A stretch of 64,000 bases of DNA from Flaccisagitta enflata (Eukaryota): contig OZ231126.1 of NCBI GenBank assembly GCA_965153355.1, positions 30,256,001-30,320,000 of the forward strand, written 5' to 3'. The notes under the pieces are model-generated. The model ran no database searches and was not told the DNA's origin. It saw only the letters and a list, made by a program, of their open reading frames with translations. Both the position numbers and the translations under genes were made by a program. Positions 12,488 through 30,765 of this stretch are shown here, in pieces (within the stretch, counting starts at the first letter, position 1; every line of letters begins with the position of its first letter).

Positions 12488-15400
12488 ACACACACACAAA
12501 CAAAGACTGAATGGTAGATTGGCAAGTGGGTTGGTAGAGGCAAGCAGATAACCGATTGATGGCGGTTTCTAAGATGCAAAATCGTCTATCGATTAGTAAG
12601 ACAAAATTGTCATCCGATTGTATTTTTCGATTAACTCGCGAGGCTCTAGTGGGCATGCTATCTCCATCTATATTCTCCCATACCCATGCTTATTCACACA
12701 CACACAGATAATCATAACTGCAGGATCAGAAATGCGCGTTTCCCCACTTATCGACTTGATTATCACGGACGGACGAACAGACAAAGTCTCTTATCCGTTC
12801 AAACTACCGCCAGGTGGTTTTCAGTATTACTCTGGATTTTCCGCTTGTTTACACTCAATATGGACCTCCTGAACAAGAATCCAGCTTCAAAAAAATCGTT
12901 CTTGTGGCGCCCTTTGAAAAAAATCCAAAATTGATTATTTTTTCTCTTATTTTAAAGTCAGAATTTTTAAGGCTGATGGAAGATCTTTTTAGCTAGCGTA
13001 TCTGAATTCCTGATAAAATTTCCTTTCATTTGATAGGTCGCACTATATATTTTTGAAAAGAAATAAAATTTTTAATTTCTAAGCCACCGTTACAAAAAGT
13101 AACGGTGGCTAAAAAATCGAAAATTTGATCTCTTTTGAAAATTAAAAAGTGCGACCTATCAAACGAATGGAAATTTCATCAGGAATTCAAATATGCTATT
13201 TAAAAAGGTTTTCTAACAACCCTCTAAAATCTGGGTGCATTAGAGGATGAAAAATTATCAATTTTGGATTTTTTTCAAAAAGCGCCACAAGAAAGATTTC
13301 TTTGAAGCTTGATCCTAGTTCAGGAAGTCCATCCTGAGTAAATACAAGCGGAAAATTCAGAGTAATACTAAAAACCACCTGGCGGTAGTTTGGACGGATG
13401 GTGTATAGATGTGTGTCCGCAACTAAATTTGAAATTCAAGATTGGCATAATTTTCTTTTTCTCTTGGCATAATTTTCTTTTTCTCTTGGCTTCTGCATTC
13501 CTTGTTCGCATGCTCAGTTGTTATGTTACAGTACACGCACTTGACCGAGTAACAACCTTCTTTATAACAACGTTGAGGCTCAAAATGTCAAAAAAATAAG
13601 AACATTTGTAGCAACATCGTCAGCCTCAGAAAATAAAAAATGTAACAACATTTCAGCCTTATGTCCAACCAATAATAACTTTTCTCTTAGATTCGCTATA
13701 ATTTCTGTTGCATTCAATTGTAACATGCGGCGGTTATTAAGATGGGGTGGCTTTTTCTTTTGTATTTTAGTTATAACAACACTTTGTTCCTTATTTTGAA
13801 TGGTTGTTCTCCTTTATTTCATTCCTACCCTAGATCCCTTTCATTCCAGAGAAAGCAGCGAAAGGAATGGAAGTACAGACATTCTAATCAATCGTTACAT
13901 TAGAAGATTGATGAGGAAAAAATAACAACAGTTTAGCGACGGTTTGAGCCTCATATCGTCATTCAAATAACAACATTGAGCCTCAGAAAAAAATAACCCG
14001 TTGTTACTCAGTCAAGTGCGTGTACACTCCGAACAAACCCGACTAAAACTGGAGGATACATTTTTAGATGCGTCCGTCAGGAACGCATCTCTATAAGAGG
14101 GTCTGTCCGTCCGTCCGTCGGTCCGTCCGTCCGTATGTCCGTCGGTCCGTCCGTCCGTATGTCCGTTCCGTTGCAAAAACCGCGTTTCTCGGCTGTTTTT
14201 GGCCACTGTGAGATCCTATAGGCTATACTGAAACAAATGATCAACCAACATGTTTTGAGAGCCTTCTTTACCACTTAGTCGTTTCACCCGTCTGTTCGTC
14301 CATATGTCTCCATATATGTCAAACGATCAATACACGCAGAGACACACGGCCCGGACGCATCGTTGCCCGGTCGGGCTTGTTATTACCTTAATTTTATTTC
14401 CCAAGCTTCATTTTTGGTGTCTTGGCTAATTAAAGGACGATTAATTTCTTGAACATATTTGGCGGTTAAAAGACCTAACTCATCACACCAATAATTTATA
14501 AAAGCGGCTGATCGCCGGTCGGCGTAGGAAAAAAAGAAAGAAAGACAGAAAGAAAGACAGAAAGAAAGACAGAAAGAAAGACAGAAAGAAAGACAGAAAG
14601 AAAGACAGAAAGAAAGACAGAAAGAAAGAAAGAAAGAAAGACAGAAAGAAAGACAGAAAGAAAGACAGAAAGAAAGACAGAAAGAAAGACAGAAAGAAAG
14701 AAAGAAAGAAAGACAGAAAGAAAGACAGAAAGAAAGACAGAAAGAAAGACAGAAAGAAAGACAGAAAGAAAGACAGAAAGAAAGACAGAAAGAAAGACAG
14801 AAAGAAAGACATGAGCAAGCAGGATAAAAGGTACTGTTTTCGAAGTCGGTGATGTCTTTTGTTTTACTGACTTTCTAAGCGGTTTTTTTAGATGCGTCCG
14901 TCAGGAACGCATCTCTATAAGAGGGTATGTCCGTCCGTCGGTCGGTCCGTCGGTCGGTCGGTCGGTCCGTCACGCCTGTGCTAAAACCGCGTTTCTCGGC
15001 TGTTTTTGGCCACAGTGATATTGTACACTGAAACAAATGTTTAACCAACATGTTTTGAGAGTCTTTTCACCCGTCTGTTTGTCCATCTGTCTCTCCATAC
15101 ATATGTCACATGATCAATATACGCTGAAACACAGCCCGGACGCATCGTTGCCCGGTCGGGCTTGTTATTTAGGGTTTGGGATAGGGTTAAGGTTGGTGTT
15201 GGGGGTGGTTTTAGGGTTAGGGTTAGGGCTAGCATTAGGGCTAGGTGAGGGCTGGGTTTTATACATTCCAACCCGAATCTACTCGAATTAAAGCTTCGCC
15301 CAAGCGGGAAAACCCGAACGAAACAAAAGATCTGTACCGTCTTGGAAATCTTTTCCGGATAATAAGCTAGCGTCATAAAAGTCAGTCAATATGCGTAACA

Positions 15401-18400
15401 TGTTGACTTTACTTTTGTGTGACAGGGCCCGAAATTATGATCAATATAAAATATTATTCTTCAGCAAGAATACGGAAAAATAAAAAAAAATTTAAAATAT
15501 CATAACGCGAAAACTATTGATCACACAATATTCTGCTTGGCGCCATCTGAAAGAGTAAAATCAGCTCTTTTTTAGCTATCAATTTCATGCGTAGTACCAT
15601 TTAGCCCCAAAAGCTTACCAACTTTCCCAAACACTTCATGGGAAAAAGGGAAATCTTAAAAAACTCTGCAGGACTCAAAAAGACCGAAGGGACTTCGTCT
15701 CTTCAACTTTTTTCCAAATCAATTCCATAAAGACTTCATTTTAGAGTGTTTTAATCTATCCCATTAGATTCAACAGAAAATTTTACCTAATTTTGAGAAA
15801 AAAAATCAATTCAATCGGACAATTCTCACAGGTTTTGCGGCCATTTTATATTTATTAGGACAATTTTCCAATGTTTTTTTAGGACATTTATCCTAAAAAA
15901 CTTAAAACGCATAAAAATTGTCCAATTGAGCTGTTTTTTTTCTTCAAAATTAAGTAAAATTTTCTGCTGAATCTAATGGTCTAGGTTAATACACTCTAAA
16001 TTGAAGTCTTCATGAGTTACGTTTTTTATTGCCAAATATTTGGACCCCGTTATTCAATGATTGAACATTGAACATTGTTCAAGGCATTAAGCCGGGCATT
16101 AAGCCTCCTTTAATTAGCCGGGCATTAAGCCTCCTTTAATAGCCCAGATACAAAAAATGAAGCTAGGGAAATGAAACTAAAGTATTAGAGATTTATCCTC
16201 CAATTTTAGTCGGGTTTCCTCGGAATATCGTCATTTCTCAAGGAAAACGTGCTGATGGACTTACATTATCAGGCAATACTTATCCCTTGTTCCAGGCACC
16301 CATCGAAGAGCGTGACATTCCCACCGCCAACCGACATCAACATCAACATGATGCCGTTTGTGATGGCAGACTCGTTCGAGGAATGCCAACTGCCCGATTA
16401 TTTGGAGCCATATTGGCCATTCATCGAACAATGCAGCAGCCGTGAAGCCGTCAAGGACTATACCATGTTCCACAAGACTTCAGACAAAGGAAAAATATGT
16501 TATCTTACGGTGCAAGAATCGTTTGTTGAGTCGGGTCAATCCCAAAGACGACCCGGGCTTCATGTTGACTGTCCGGGGTACGTCAAAATCAAGAATGAAG
16601 AGGTTTTAAGGACAACTGTTGCGGAGGCGGACAAAACGGAAAGGGAAAAAGCAGAAGGTGCGGAAGATGAAGAAGATGAATCGGAAGGCGAAGATGAAAA
16701 AGATGAATCGGAAGGAGAAGATGAAGAAGATGAATCGGAAGGAGAAGATTCGGACAAAAAGAAGAATGGTGAGTATGGCACCCTTTGGGGTCACGTTAGC
16801 GATGTCAATCCGTGTCTTTTGTTTTAAGTGTTTTTAAGCGGGTAATGTTTTAGGGTTAGGGGTGGGGTAAGGGTTAGGGATGGGGTGGGTTTTAGGGTTA
16901 GGATTAGGAGTAGGGTTAGGGCCAGGTGTGGGTTTGGTTTTATATGTTTTAGCTCGAGTAAGCTTGAATTGAACATTTGTCTTTGCGGGAAAAAACAAGT
17001 GACGGGATTGAATTCCCTAACATTACCCAGTTTGGCACACAGATAGAGCAAATGGAACATGTTTCTTTTATTGGTTGTTTTTTTTTATGTTTTGTTTTTT
17101 GGTGCGTCAGAGCACCTTTAATTGAGGTCTTGTCTGTCGGAGGGTCACAATTGACTGCAATCAACCACCGGCTGTAGTGGCTGCACTTGCTTGGCCTTAT
17201 TGGCCTGGTTTCATTTCCTGCTCTTTGGGACTTGGACTCTCTTAAAAAAATAGATTTTTTCTTTGCAGTTAAGTCTTTCAGATCCTAATTCCATGAAGCC
17301 TAAAAAAAACAGTGAAAACAGAATTACAACTTTACACAGGAAAAAAATTATTTTATTTCAGAAAATGGGATTGAGTTAGGCGGTCCAACGGCGCCAAAAG
17401 AAGGCGACGGCGTTTCCCGACGTTATTTGTCTCATCGATGGGGACTCGGCGGTTGTCAAGTCGTCCCTCAACAATCACATCTCGACAACAACGGCTCGAC
17501 GTTCCACGACCGAAGTTACGTGCTCACAGGTGGCATTTACATGACGTCAAATGTTGACGATTCTTGCAAAGTGTGGAATTGCAAAATCGTCCCAGAAGCG
17601 GAGGATGAGGAGGAAGAAGATGACCGAGGCACTTTCCTCAGAAAATGCTATTCCACTGGTTAGCCTTGATTGTTTGTAGAAGCATGTGTTCTTCTCTTCT
17701 TCATGCAGAGATTTAAGGATGGTATTGGGCGGTCAAAAAATAAAGAGATTTTTCTGATATTTCTGTTATTTGAAAATGAAATAAGATAACCAGAATAAAA
17801 AAAAACCCTCCCTCTGCTCATGCTCCATTTTTCAGTAGGATTTGCTTAAATTACAACAACATTATCCTACCGAAGCTGTAAAACGCCCTGAAACAAGTGA
17901 CGCGGGATCATAACATTGTTGCGGACGGGTGGGCAGGGGTATCCAACCCCTATCTACACGCCATACCCCCCACCTACATCTTAAAAAAGCATCTAAAATA
18001 CTTGTTTTCCCACTTTTTGTTATGGACCAAAGGATGGACAGAGCCTTTAGTTGTGTGTACGCCTTTAAAAAGACTCCTTCTCATTTTCTAGGAACTGACG
18101 AATTCTGCAAGTCAGACCGAAGAGAAGCCATTGGACAACTGGGAAACATCGAACATTTGCGGAAATTACTTCCGGATGAATTGGCACAAACGACAAAAGC
18201 CAATCAAATGTATTGGCTCACCGATCGGACGCCTCACGAATCACTTCCGCTGAAGGAAGGCACCTATCGACAGTTCTTCCGCTTAGTAATGAGTCAAGTC
18301 AGTCTGTGGTACAAAGATCATTCTACCCCGAATCCTAAAGGAGTCTTGCCAGACCCCAAGATAACCAAAATTGTCAAAGGCAATAAATTTGATTCAGAGG

Positions 18401-18423
18401 GAGTTGAAATAGTCGATATTTAA
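11604..18423 (+). CDS. Uncharacterised protein with 2OG-Fe(II) dioxygenase-like motifs
   Basis: Exons 11604-12046, about 16210-16768, 17362-17658 and 18092-18423. The last three join in phase 1 with GT/AG. Exon 1 ends in phase 2 while the visible exon 2 acceptors are phase 0, so a small exon may be missing or exon 1 may be separate. Motifs QRRPGLHVD, GGIYMTSNV, YWLTDRTPHESLP, RQFFRLV. Confidence 0.75.
12793..13403. mobile_element. Foldback MITE with long inverted arms
   Basis: AAACTACCGCCAGGTGGTTTT... mirrored by ...AAAACCACCTGGCGGTAGTTT. This explains the look-alike ORFs 12814-12996(+) and 13196-13378(-). Confidence 0.8.
14060..14381 (+). mobile_element. Helentron/DINE-like short element (family A); further copies about 14885-15165 and 62689-62807
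   Basis: Starts in a T run, subterminal inverted repeat GATGCGTCCG / CGGACGCATC, (GTCC/GTCG)n tract, 3' hairpin GCCCG-GT-CGGGC followed by TTGTT, no target duplication. Confidence 0.7.
14531..14810. repeat. (AGAAAGAAAGAC)n microsatellite; representative of many (AG)n, (AC)n, (AAAG)n and (TTG)n tracts in the window
   Basis: Direct reading. Others include 9074-9165, 20405-20597, 21070-21145, 23947-24040, 40018-40110, 45660-45791 and 50149-50350. Confidence 0.97.
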
Positions 18424-20157
18424 TATATTTGATCTTCTACAAGAAAGAATGAATGTTATTGTACAGATTTAGCTCAACTTTGATTATGTATCTAATGATA
18501 TCGGGCGCTGAAGATTACTCGGTACTGACGGCTAAAACGCTAGCAGGACTTTTCTTTGGGCCAGAGTCCTAGATTTTCCTGTTGCCTTAATTTGATCTTG
18601 GTGTCACTTGAATTTCGCAATATTTGCTAAAATGTCATGGTGGAAGAATGTTGGACTTACTGACTGGATTATAAAAGTCTAATTATCTCGCCGAATCTCG
18701 CCGATTTCTCTTAATTGAAATGAATAAGAAAGTGAGCATAGATCCAGAAGCAGAATTATGGTTATATTCAGGAATATTCGTTCACTTGCATAAAATTAAA
18801 TCCTAACTATGCAAAAACAGTTTTATTAACGGTTGATGACAATGTACGGTAAAAACCTCAACTCATGACAAAACAAACTCAACGCTACATGTACGATTAC
18901 TTTTCTTCAGTCTGTCGTCCATGATTCACATACATTACACGATTGATATGTAGATAGATACACTAGTTTAGTCACGTTAAGTCACACCTAACTTTGAATA
19001 TCCTATCAAAATGGTAGCATCTCATAGATTTTGTGGAAATTCTACATGATGGTTGTTATTCGATTGACTAAAAATGGTTTTGATTTGAAATAAGTTGTCT
19101 GAAACAAATTCATTTGTTTTTTTAAGGTTAGTCGCTTTTTGGAGAATCATGGACGAAGAAGTCGTCATAAGTTCAAATCAGAAAACTGGGAAAGGTTGTT
19201 TTTTTTTTAAAATCATTCCATTTAAATGTGTTAATATTAATTACCATAACTCTAGACATGACAAAACAAAATATTCAGCGGTATGCAGAAAATTAGATGA
19301 CTTTGATTAAGATGATGTAAACGACGAAATGAAAGCGGAACAGGTTAAACTTTTTATAGCACAGAAATCCAAATGGTTCTCATGAAAAAAAGAACGAAAC
19401 ACATAACACAAAGCAGCCTGGAAGCATGTGAAAAAAGAAAAAAATGAAGGGTGAGATCAAACGATCTCACTCATCTAATACGATTGAATCAGACAACGTT
19501 TATACGCGCGCGAGAGAGAGAGAGAAAAACGAATGAAAAGTCTGCATTCCGCAAAGTTTTATGATAATGAATGAGAGAGAAGATGCGATCCCCTATTCCG
19601 GTTTGTGATTAATTTCTCAAGAGAAAGAAAATCGTTTATAAATAATCCAAACTATAGTTTTGACGGCATATCAATGAACAAGAAAAGCGAGTTAGCCGCT
19701 AAAAAAGAACACACAAAAGATTACTAATTCTATACTCAAAAAGTATAATTATTATTTTTTTTTCATTCAAGAGCTACAAAAGGCGTTCACTTTTTCCTTC
19801 GAATTCGTTGCTCTTTTTTGTATCACAGATAGTATAATGACGATGTTGACTTAGGTTGTGCCCATTTTCACCCAAAAGATGGATCTACTGGTCACTTGAC
19901 AAACAAAACGAACAAGCATCGTCGAAGACAAGTCTTTCTTGTTCAGATCAAAGATCGGTCTTAGCAGAATACACAAGTCTCCATCCAAACCTCCTTGTTC
20001 CTTTCGCCTTCTGCTTCTTCTTCACATCCACCTTTTATCTTCTCCTCCACTTCCTTCTCCTTCTCTTTCATCCTACCCCTCTCCCAATAACATCTCATTC
20101 TCCATATGTCTCCTTCTCCCCCTTCTTCCTCCTCCGCCGCCTCCTACATCCTCCGCT

Positions 20158-24758
<4,601 letters not shown>

Positions 24759-25100
24759 CTGGAAGCAAAGTCAAAGAAAAACAAGGCCAACACCTGTAAG
24801 TCGCATGCGTGATATAAATAACTTAAGATGACCTTAATTGACTTCAAATGACTTGACATGACCTGAAATGACTAAGAATGACCTAAAATGACCTAAATTA
24901 ACCTGATTAACCCAAGTGACTCAATATAACTTAATATAACTTCAAATGACTTGGAATGACTTAAAATGACTCAGAATGACCTATAATGGCATTTGGGAAG
25001 GAGCTGTGAGCCCAAAAAGCTTAAAAACGCCAAAAAAGTGAATAGTCGCAAAAGCTTTAGATGGTCAGCGGTACCCGTTCCCCCTCAGTGAGTGTATGAA

Positions 25101-25584
25101 GGGCAGCGGCCCCGAAGGAGCCGATGACCTATGCTGTTTTTATTTGAGCCTGGAGGCTGGAATTGGGGCCTTGAAGCTGGAATTTGAGCTTAGAGGCGGG
25201 GATTTGAGCCTTGTGGCTGAGATTTGAGCCTCGAGGCTGGGATTTGAGCCTCGAGATTGGGATTTGAGCCTCAAGGCTGGGATTTGGGCCTTGAGGCTGG
25301 CATTTGTGCCTCGAGGCTGGGATTTGAGACTTGAGGCTGGGATTTGGGCCTCGAGGCTGGGATTTGGGCCTCGAGGCTGGGATTTGGGCCTCGAGGCTGG
25401 GATTTGGGCCTTGAGGCTGAGATTTGGGCAACGAGGTTGAGATTTGGGCCACGAGGCTAGGATTTGAGCCTCAAGGCTGGGATTTGGGTCGAGGCTGAGC
25501 GGGGTGAGTATGGAGAAGAAGAAAGAAGGAGAAATTTCTCGCATGTGAAAGCATAAGTCATCAGCCCCTTCGGGGCCGCTGCCC
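25101..25584. mobile_element. TIR element carrying an internal 20-bp minisatellite; degenerate relative at about 29110-29700
   Basis: GGGCAGCGGCCCCGAAGGAGCCGATGACCTATGC inverted at 25551-25584, enclosing about 17 copies of GGGATTTGGGCCTCGAGGCT. Confidence 0.75.
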
Positions 25585-25628
25585 AAGGGACCGACCAGCC
25601 TACGGACCGACAAAGGCGGGGTGTAGAG

Positions 25629-25966
25629 TAGGGGTGGGGGAAATGCACCTTAGTCAACAGATAAAGTTGCAGGTGAGGGAAATGTCATAATATGATAAGA
25701 ATAGATAGTATGCCAAGTTTCGAGGCCTTTGGAACAATTTCAGCCTAGCCCTCCACCCCCCTGATTTCCCATAGAAAATGTATAGGAATGATTTTGGCCT
25801 CAAAAGTTTCCTATCTTTTATAATGGGGCAGGAGGGGGGTAGAGGGCTAGGCTAAAACTGTTCCAAAGGCCCTGAAACTTGGCATACTATCTATTCTTAT
25901 CATATTATGACATTTCCTTCACCTGCAACTTGATCTATTGACTGAAGTGCATTTCCCCCACCCCTA
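25629..25966. mobile_element. hAT-like palindromic MITE
   Basis: Arms starting TAGGGGTGGGGGAAATGCAC are inverted over more than 120 bp. 8-bp duplication GTGTAGAG at 25621-25628 and 25967-25974. Confidence 0.88.
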
Positions 25967-26617
25967 GTGTAGAGTCGCGTAGCACGGGACTAAAAAGAAT
26001 TTTTATAATGAGATAAAAATATGCTGCTGAATAAGTGAGAAGTCCGAGTCCCGATAGAAGAAATGAACCACGAACTCACTGTCTGAAAAGAAGGCCATAG
26101 GTCATTCATGTTCCAGGCAAACCAAAAGAAATATGTTGGAGATTCCCTCTCCGCCCTTCCCCAAAAAGGTGAACATTTACTGATTAACCTGTAGATCTTA
26201 ACAACTATCTCATTAGACTTTCTCACTAAACCATGTAAAAGGAAGGAAAAAAAAGAAGAAACAAAAAAAAAAGAAAAAAAGAGACAAAGAAAAAAAAAAA
26301 CAAAGAAAGAAAAAAAACGTAAGGAAGAAAGAAAAAGGACGTAAGAAAGAAAAGAAGGAAGAAAGAAGAAAGAAAAACCGTCATAATTCATGAAGAAAGA
26401 AAGGTAAAATGGAATAAAGATTCAAAGTGGAGAGAGATTCAGAAACAGAGGAGGACAGACAAAGCCGATGAAAGCCGAGTTCCATTTTCCATTCTCATAT
26501 AATCAACTTATTGAAGAAAGAAGAAAGAAGAAAGAGAGAAAGAAAGAAGAAAGAAGTATCTAAAAGTGAAGAAAGAAAGAAAGAAAGAAAGAAGAAAGAA
26601 AAACAAGAAAGAAAGAA

Positions 26618-26665
<48 letters not shown>

Positions 26666-26836
26666 AAAAGAGAAAGAAAGAAAAAGAAAGAAAAAGGCTT
26701 TCAAGAGAAAAGAGCCACAGTGAATTGGATCAGTCAGTGGAGCAAAACATTACAGGAAAGAACAAAAAATGGCAGCTCAACTAAGGTGTAAAATAGAGTG
26801 CACACACGTACACAAACACACACACCAACACACGCC

Positions 26837-26924
<88 letters not shown>

Positions 26925-27598
26925 GTTCATCCGTTTGTCCGTTTATTCATCCCCTCACCTGGCCCTCCCAGGTCTGAAATCTGCCCTCTCAGGACTGAAA
27001 TCTACCATCTCAAGCCTGAAACCTGCCCTCTCCAGCCTTGAATCTGCCCCCTAAGGCCTGAAATTTGCTCTATCAGGCCTTGAATCTGCCCTCTCAGGTT
27101 TTGAATTTTCCCTATCAGGCCTGAAATCTGTCCTCTCAAATAGGCTTGAGATTCGGTGATTCACCAACCGAAAAAACGGTGGAGTGAATGCCAATTTTCA
27201 CTGATTCAGTGATTTGGATTTTCGGTTTTTCACCGTTTTTTTCTCCTTTCCCCAACTGCTCTTCAATTTGTGGAAGTTTCTATCATAAATCAGAAAATGC
27301 GCAAGTCGATCATTAAATATTGCAGGAAAAACAAAAATCCTCTATTTTACAATAGCCATAGTGAGAAGAAAAGAGTATTTGATGCCAGTTTTAATAAGCG
27401 AGTTTGTTTTTTACCCAGTTTGAGAAATGATAACAACATCCTTAGTTCAAGATGTCATGATTTACCTAGCTGTTTGTACTCATTGAGCATGTCACTGATG
27501 CCAATTTTGTTTTCACCAAAAAGAGAGAAAGTCCAGTAATGAAAGCAAGAAGAAGAAGAAAAAGAAAAAGGAGAGAGAGAGAGAGAGAGAGAGAAAAA

Positions 27599-27684
<86 letters not shown>

Positions 27685-30502
27685 AAACAATACTAACAGA
27701 CTGACTGACATCAACAAGTGACATGGGGTCACAATATTGTTGCGGACAGGTGGGCACACCCAATGCCCCACCCAACCCACTTTCCCACACACACATACAC
27801 AGAAAGCTCGTTTTCCCACTTTTTGACTTGATCACCTCTACAGACCAACAGATAGACCAATGGACGGATGGACAAAGCCTCTTATAGATTTGCGTGTCGG
27901 CAACTAAAAAACAGAGATAAACATACAGATCATGACACAAACATGATAGAATTCTTTTTTTTCATTTAAAGGCATAGGTCATCCTTTTGACCATGGTGTC
28001 AAGAATGCCAGTAAATCTGTATAGGAATAGAAGGATTTTTCTCTGCTTGGCAGCGCTTGAAACAAAGGTCATATAGCAAACTCAAGAAATGTTGTAACAA
28101 GAACAAGTAGACCAATAAGGTGGATCGTAAAACATTTACCAACCAACAGACAGACAGACACAGCTGGTTAAAGAGGTGTTTTGGCACACCTAAAAAGTGC
28201 AAGAAACCTATGCACTTCCATTTCATAGAAGGGACTTAGATGATTATCAAGCACAATGCATCTGATCAACCCTAACATGGGGAGCAGATGCAGAGTAAAA
28301 ATCACTGAAAAAAACGAAAAACGGTGGTGGCAAAAGAAAATCCCTGAAAATCGGTGGTGATTGAAAACCAGAGTCACTCTCAACTCTACTCTCAAGGCAT
28401 AAACCTGTCCTCACTGATTCAAAGCCTGAGAGGGTAGATTTCAAGCCTGAAAGGGCAGATTTCAGGCTTGAGAGGGCTTGGGGGTATGGATAGACGGATG
28501 GACGGACGGACGAGTGAACGACCAAAAGTGCCCCTGTGTTCAACAGGACTTCGTCTCTTTTGGGGCCGCTTCCCTGCTTCCTCTCACAATCATGCAAAGC
28601 AGGGCAACGGCCAACGGGTATCGTTGACCACACATAATATGAGTTTTTATGAGATTTAAACATTTTTTGCGATTTTTCACTCTACAACAAACCAAACGAC
28701 GGACCGACGGACCCGCTTCTTAAGATCTAACCGTACTTGAATACCAGTAATGGCAGCTGTTGCCGTGGGGAAAAAATTCGCAAGCGTTGGTCATTTTTCA
28801 CCAAGCTTTCGTCTTCAGTCACTGCAATTTTTTTCAAATCAAAAACAATTGTATGTATTGAGTTCATTGAAAATCAAAGGAAAATAGGACTGAGTCAGAA
28901 TGAGCTAGATGAACTAAAATACTCAAAATCACTGAACAAGATAACCAGCTAAGCTCAATGACATGCTTTCTTGTAATTGCAAGCTTACATCAAACCATTC
29001 ATTTATCTATCCAGTTTAAGATCAGAAAAAAAAAGACAGCTAAATGAGCTTAATGAGCTGAAAACTAAAAACACCCCAAGAGGAGGCAGCTCTGCACACT
29101 GACATGCTTTTTGGGCAGCAGCTGAAGAAGGAGCAAGTAATATCTTCACACAGGACAATTTCTCCTCCTTCTTCTTCTCAAATCCATCACCCCCTTTAGG
29201 CTCCATCATCCTAGCCTTGAGGCTCAAATCCCACTGAGGCCCAGATTCTCGACTCAGGCTGATTGTGACTCAGGCCAAATCCTGGCCTCAAGGGCTCAAA
29301 CTCCTGCCTTGATGTAAGCCCCACAGCCTTATGCCTCAAATCCCAGCCTAATGCTCAAATCCCAGCCTCCAGGCCTCAAATCCCAACCTCGATGCTCAAA
29401 TCCCAGGGTCTTGGCTTTAATTATAGCATCTTGGCTCAAACCACAGTCTTGAGGCTCAAATCACCGTCTTGAGGCTCAAATGACCCCCTTGAGGCTTAAA
29501 TCACCATCTCAAGGCTCAAATCACCACCTTGAGAATCAAATCACTGCCTCGAGGCTCACATCACAGCCTCAAGGCTCATCTTAAAGCCTCATGGCTCAAA
29601 TCCCATTTTTGATGCTAAAATTCAAGCCTAGAGTTTCAAAACTTACTAAGCATAGGTCAGCGGCCCCCCTTCACACACCCACATATACTCACTAAGGGGC
29701 AACGTATTAAAAATCATCCCATTAAAAATCAGAAAGAAAGATTGAGCTAAATGAGCTATTTGAGCTAGAATACTGAAAAACACCCTCACAGATGAGGAGC
29801 TACGCTCATAAACATGTTTTTTGTATTTCTATGCTCAAACAAACATCTATATACTTCTTTATTGCTTGGCACCAAATGAAAGAAAATTATCAAATTTACT
29901 AATTTCGTCCAAGGGTGCAATCAGCCGGATGAGAAAATGAAAACCTTGTTTTTCTCGAATATGACTGTCTTTTTTCCCGATGAAATTGAATGAAATGACG
30001 AGTATTATAAATGATGCTCGGGATAAGATTTCATGAGATTTTAAACATTTTCTGCGATTTTTCAACGAACCGACCAACAGACCGATGGACTAGCTTTATC
30101 AAACCTATCCTTAGCTGAATATGATTATGAATGAAACGACGAGAAACATGAGAGTTGTACAACATGAGTTTCTAAGATATTTTTGACATTTTCTGCGATT
30201 TTTGATTCGAGCGCAGGTGGGTGGAGTGGGATAAAGTGGCGTTAGGTGTTTTTTTTCCATCAGGGTGGATTTGATGGACTGTGGAGCGTGACCGATCAAC
30301 CGACCGATATACCGACAGACAGAGCCTCTCATAGAGATGCTATGGCTCACCTAAAAAGGTTAGAAAATGAGGGATCGGCAGCAGTCCAGCGTCGTGAAAG
30401 GTGGCAGCAACAATCCATCAGACTAATGGGCTAATGGCAACTATGGAGAACGAGGAAAACGCAGACAACGAGAAAAAGAGAGACCTCTGCTCCCAAGAAA
30501 GT

Positions 30503-30765
30503 AATGTGAGCTGTGTGACATATGACCTGCGTTACATCGGGTGTGTGTGGCATCTGACCTGCGTTACATAGGGTTGGTGTGACATCTGATCTCAAGAAAG
30601 TGAAGTGAGCCGTGTGACATCTGACCTGCGTTACATCAGGTCTGTATGACTTCTGATCTCAAGAAAGTGATGTGAGCTGTTTAGCATCTGACCTGAGTTA
30701 CATCAGGTCTGTGAGACATCTGATCTGTGTAATATCTGATCTGTGTAACATCTGACTTGTGTTAC
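30503..30765. repeat. Degenerate minisatellite
   Basis: Recurring TGTGACATCTGACCTGCGTTACATC and CTCAAGAAAGTGA motifs. Confidence 0.75.

Noticed and set aside
13691-13925. Candidate small exons bridging exons 1 and 2 of the oxygenase-like gene
   Set aside because: Acceptors exist at 13690 and 13833, but no convincing donor restores the phase.
25129-25657. ORFs with SLEAQIPASRPKSQPRGPNP repeats
   Set aside because: Derived from the 20-bp minisatellite inside a TIR element.
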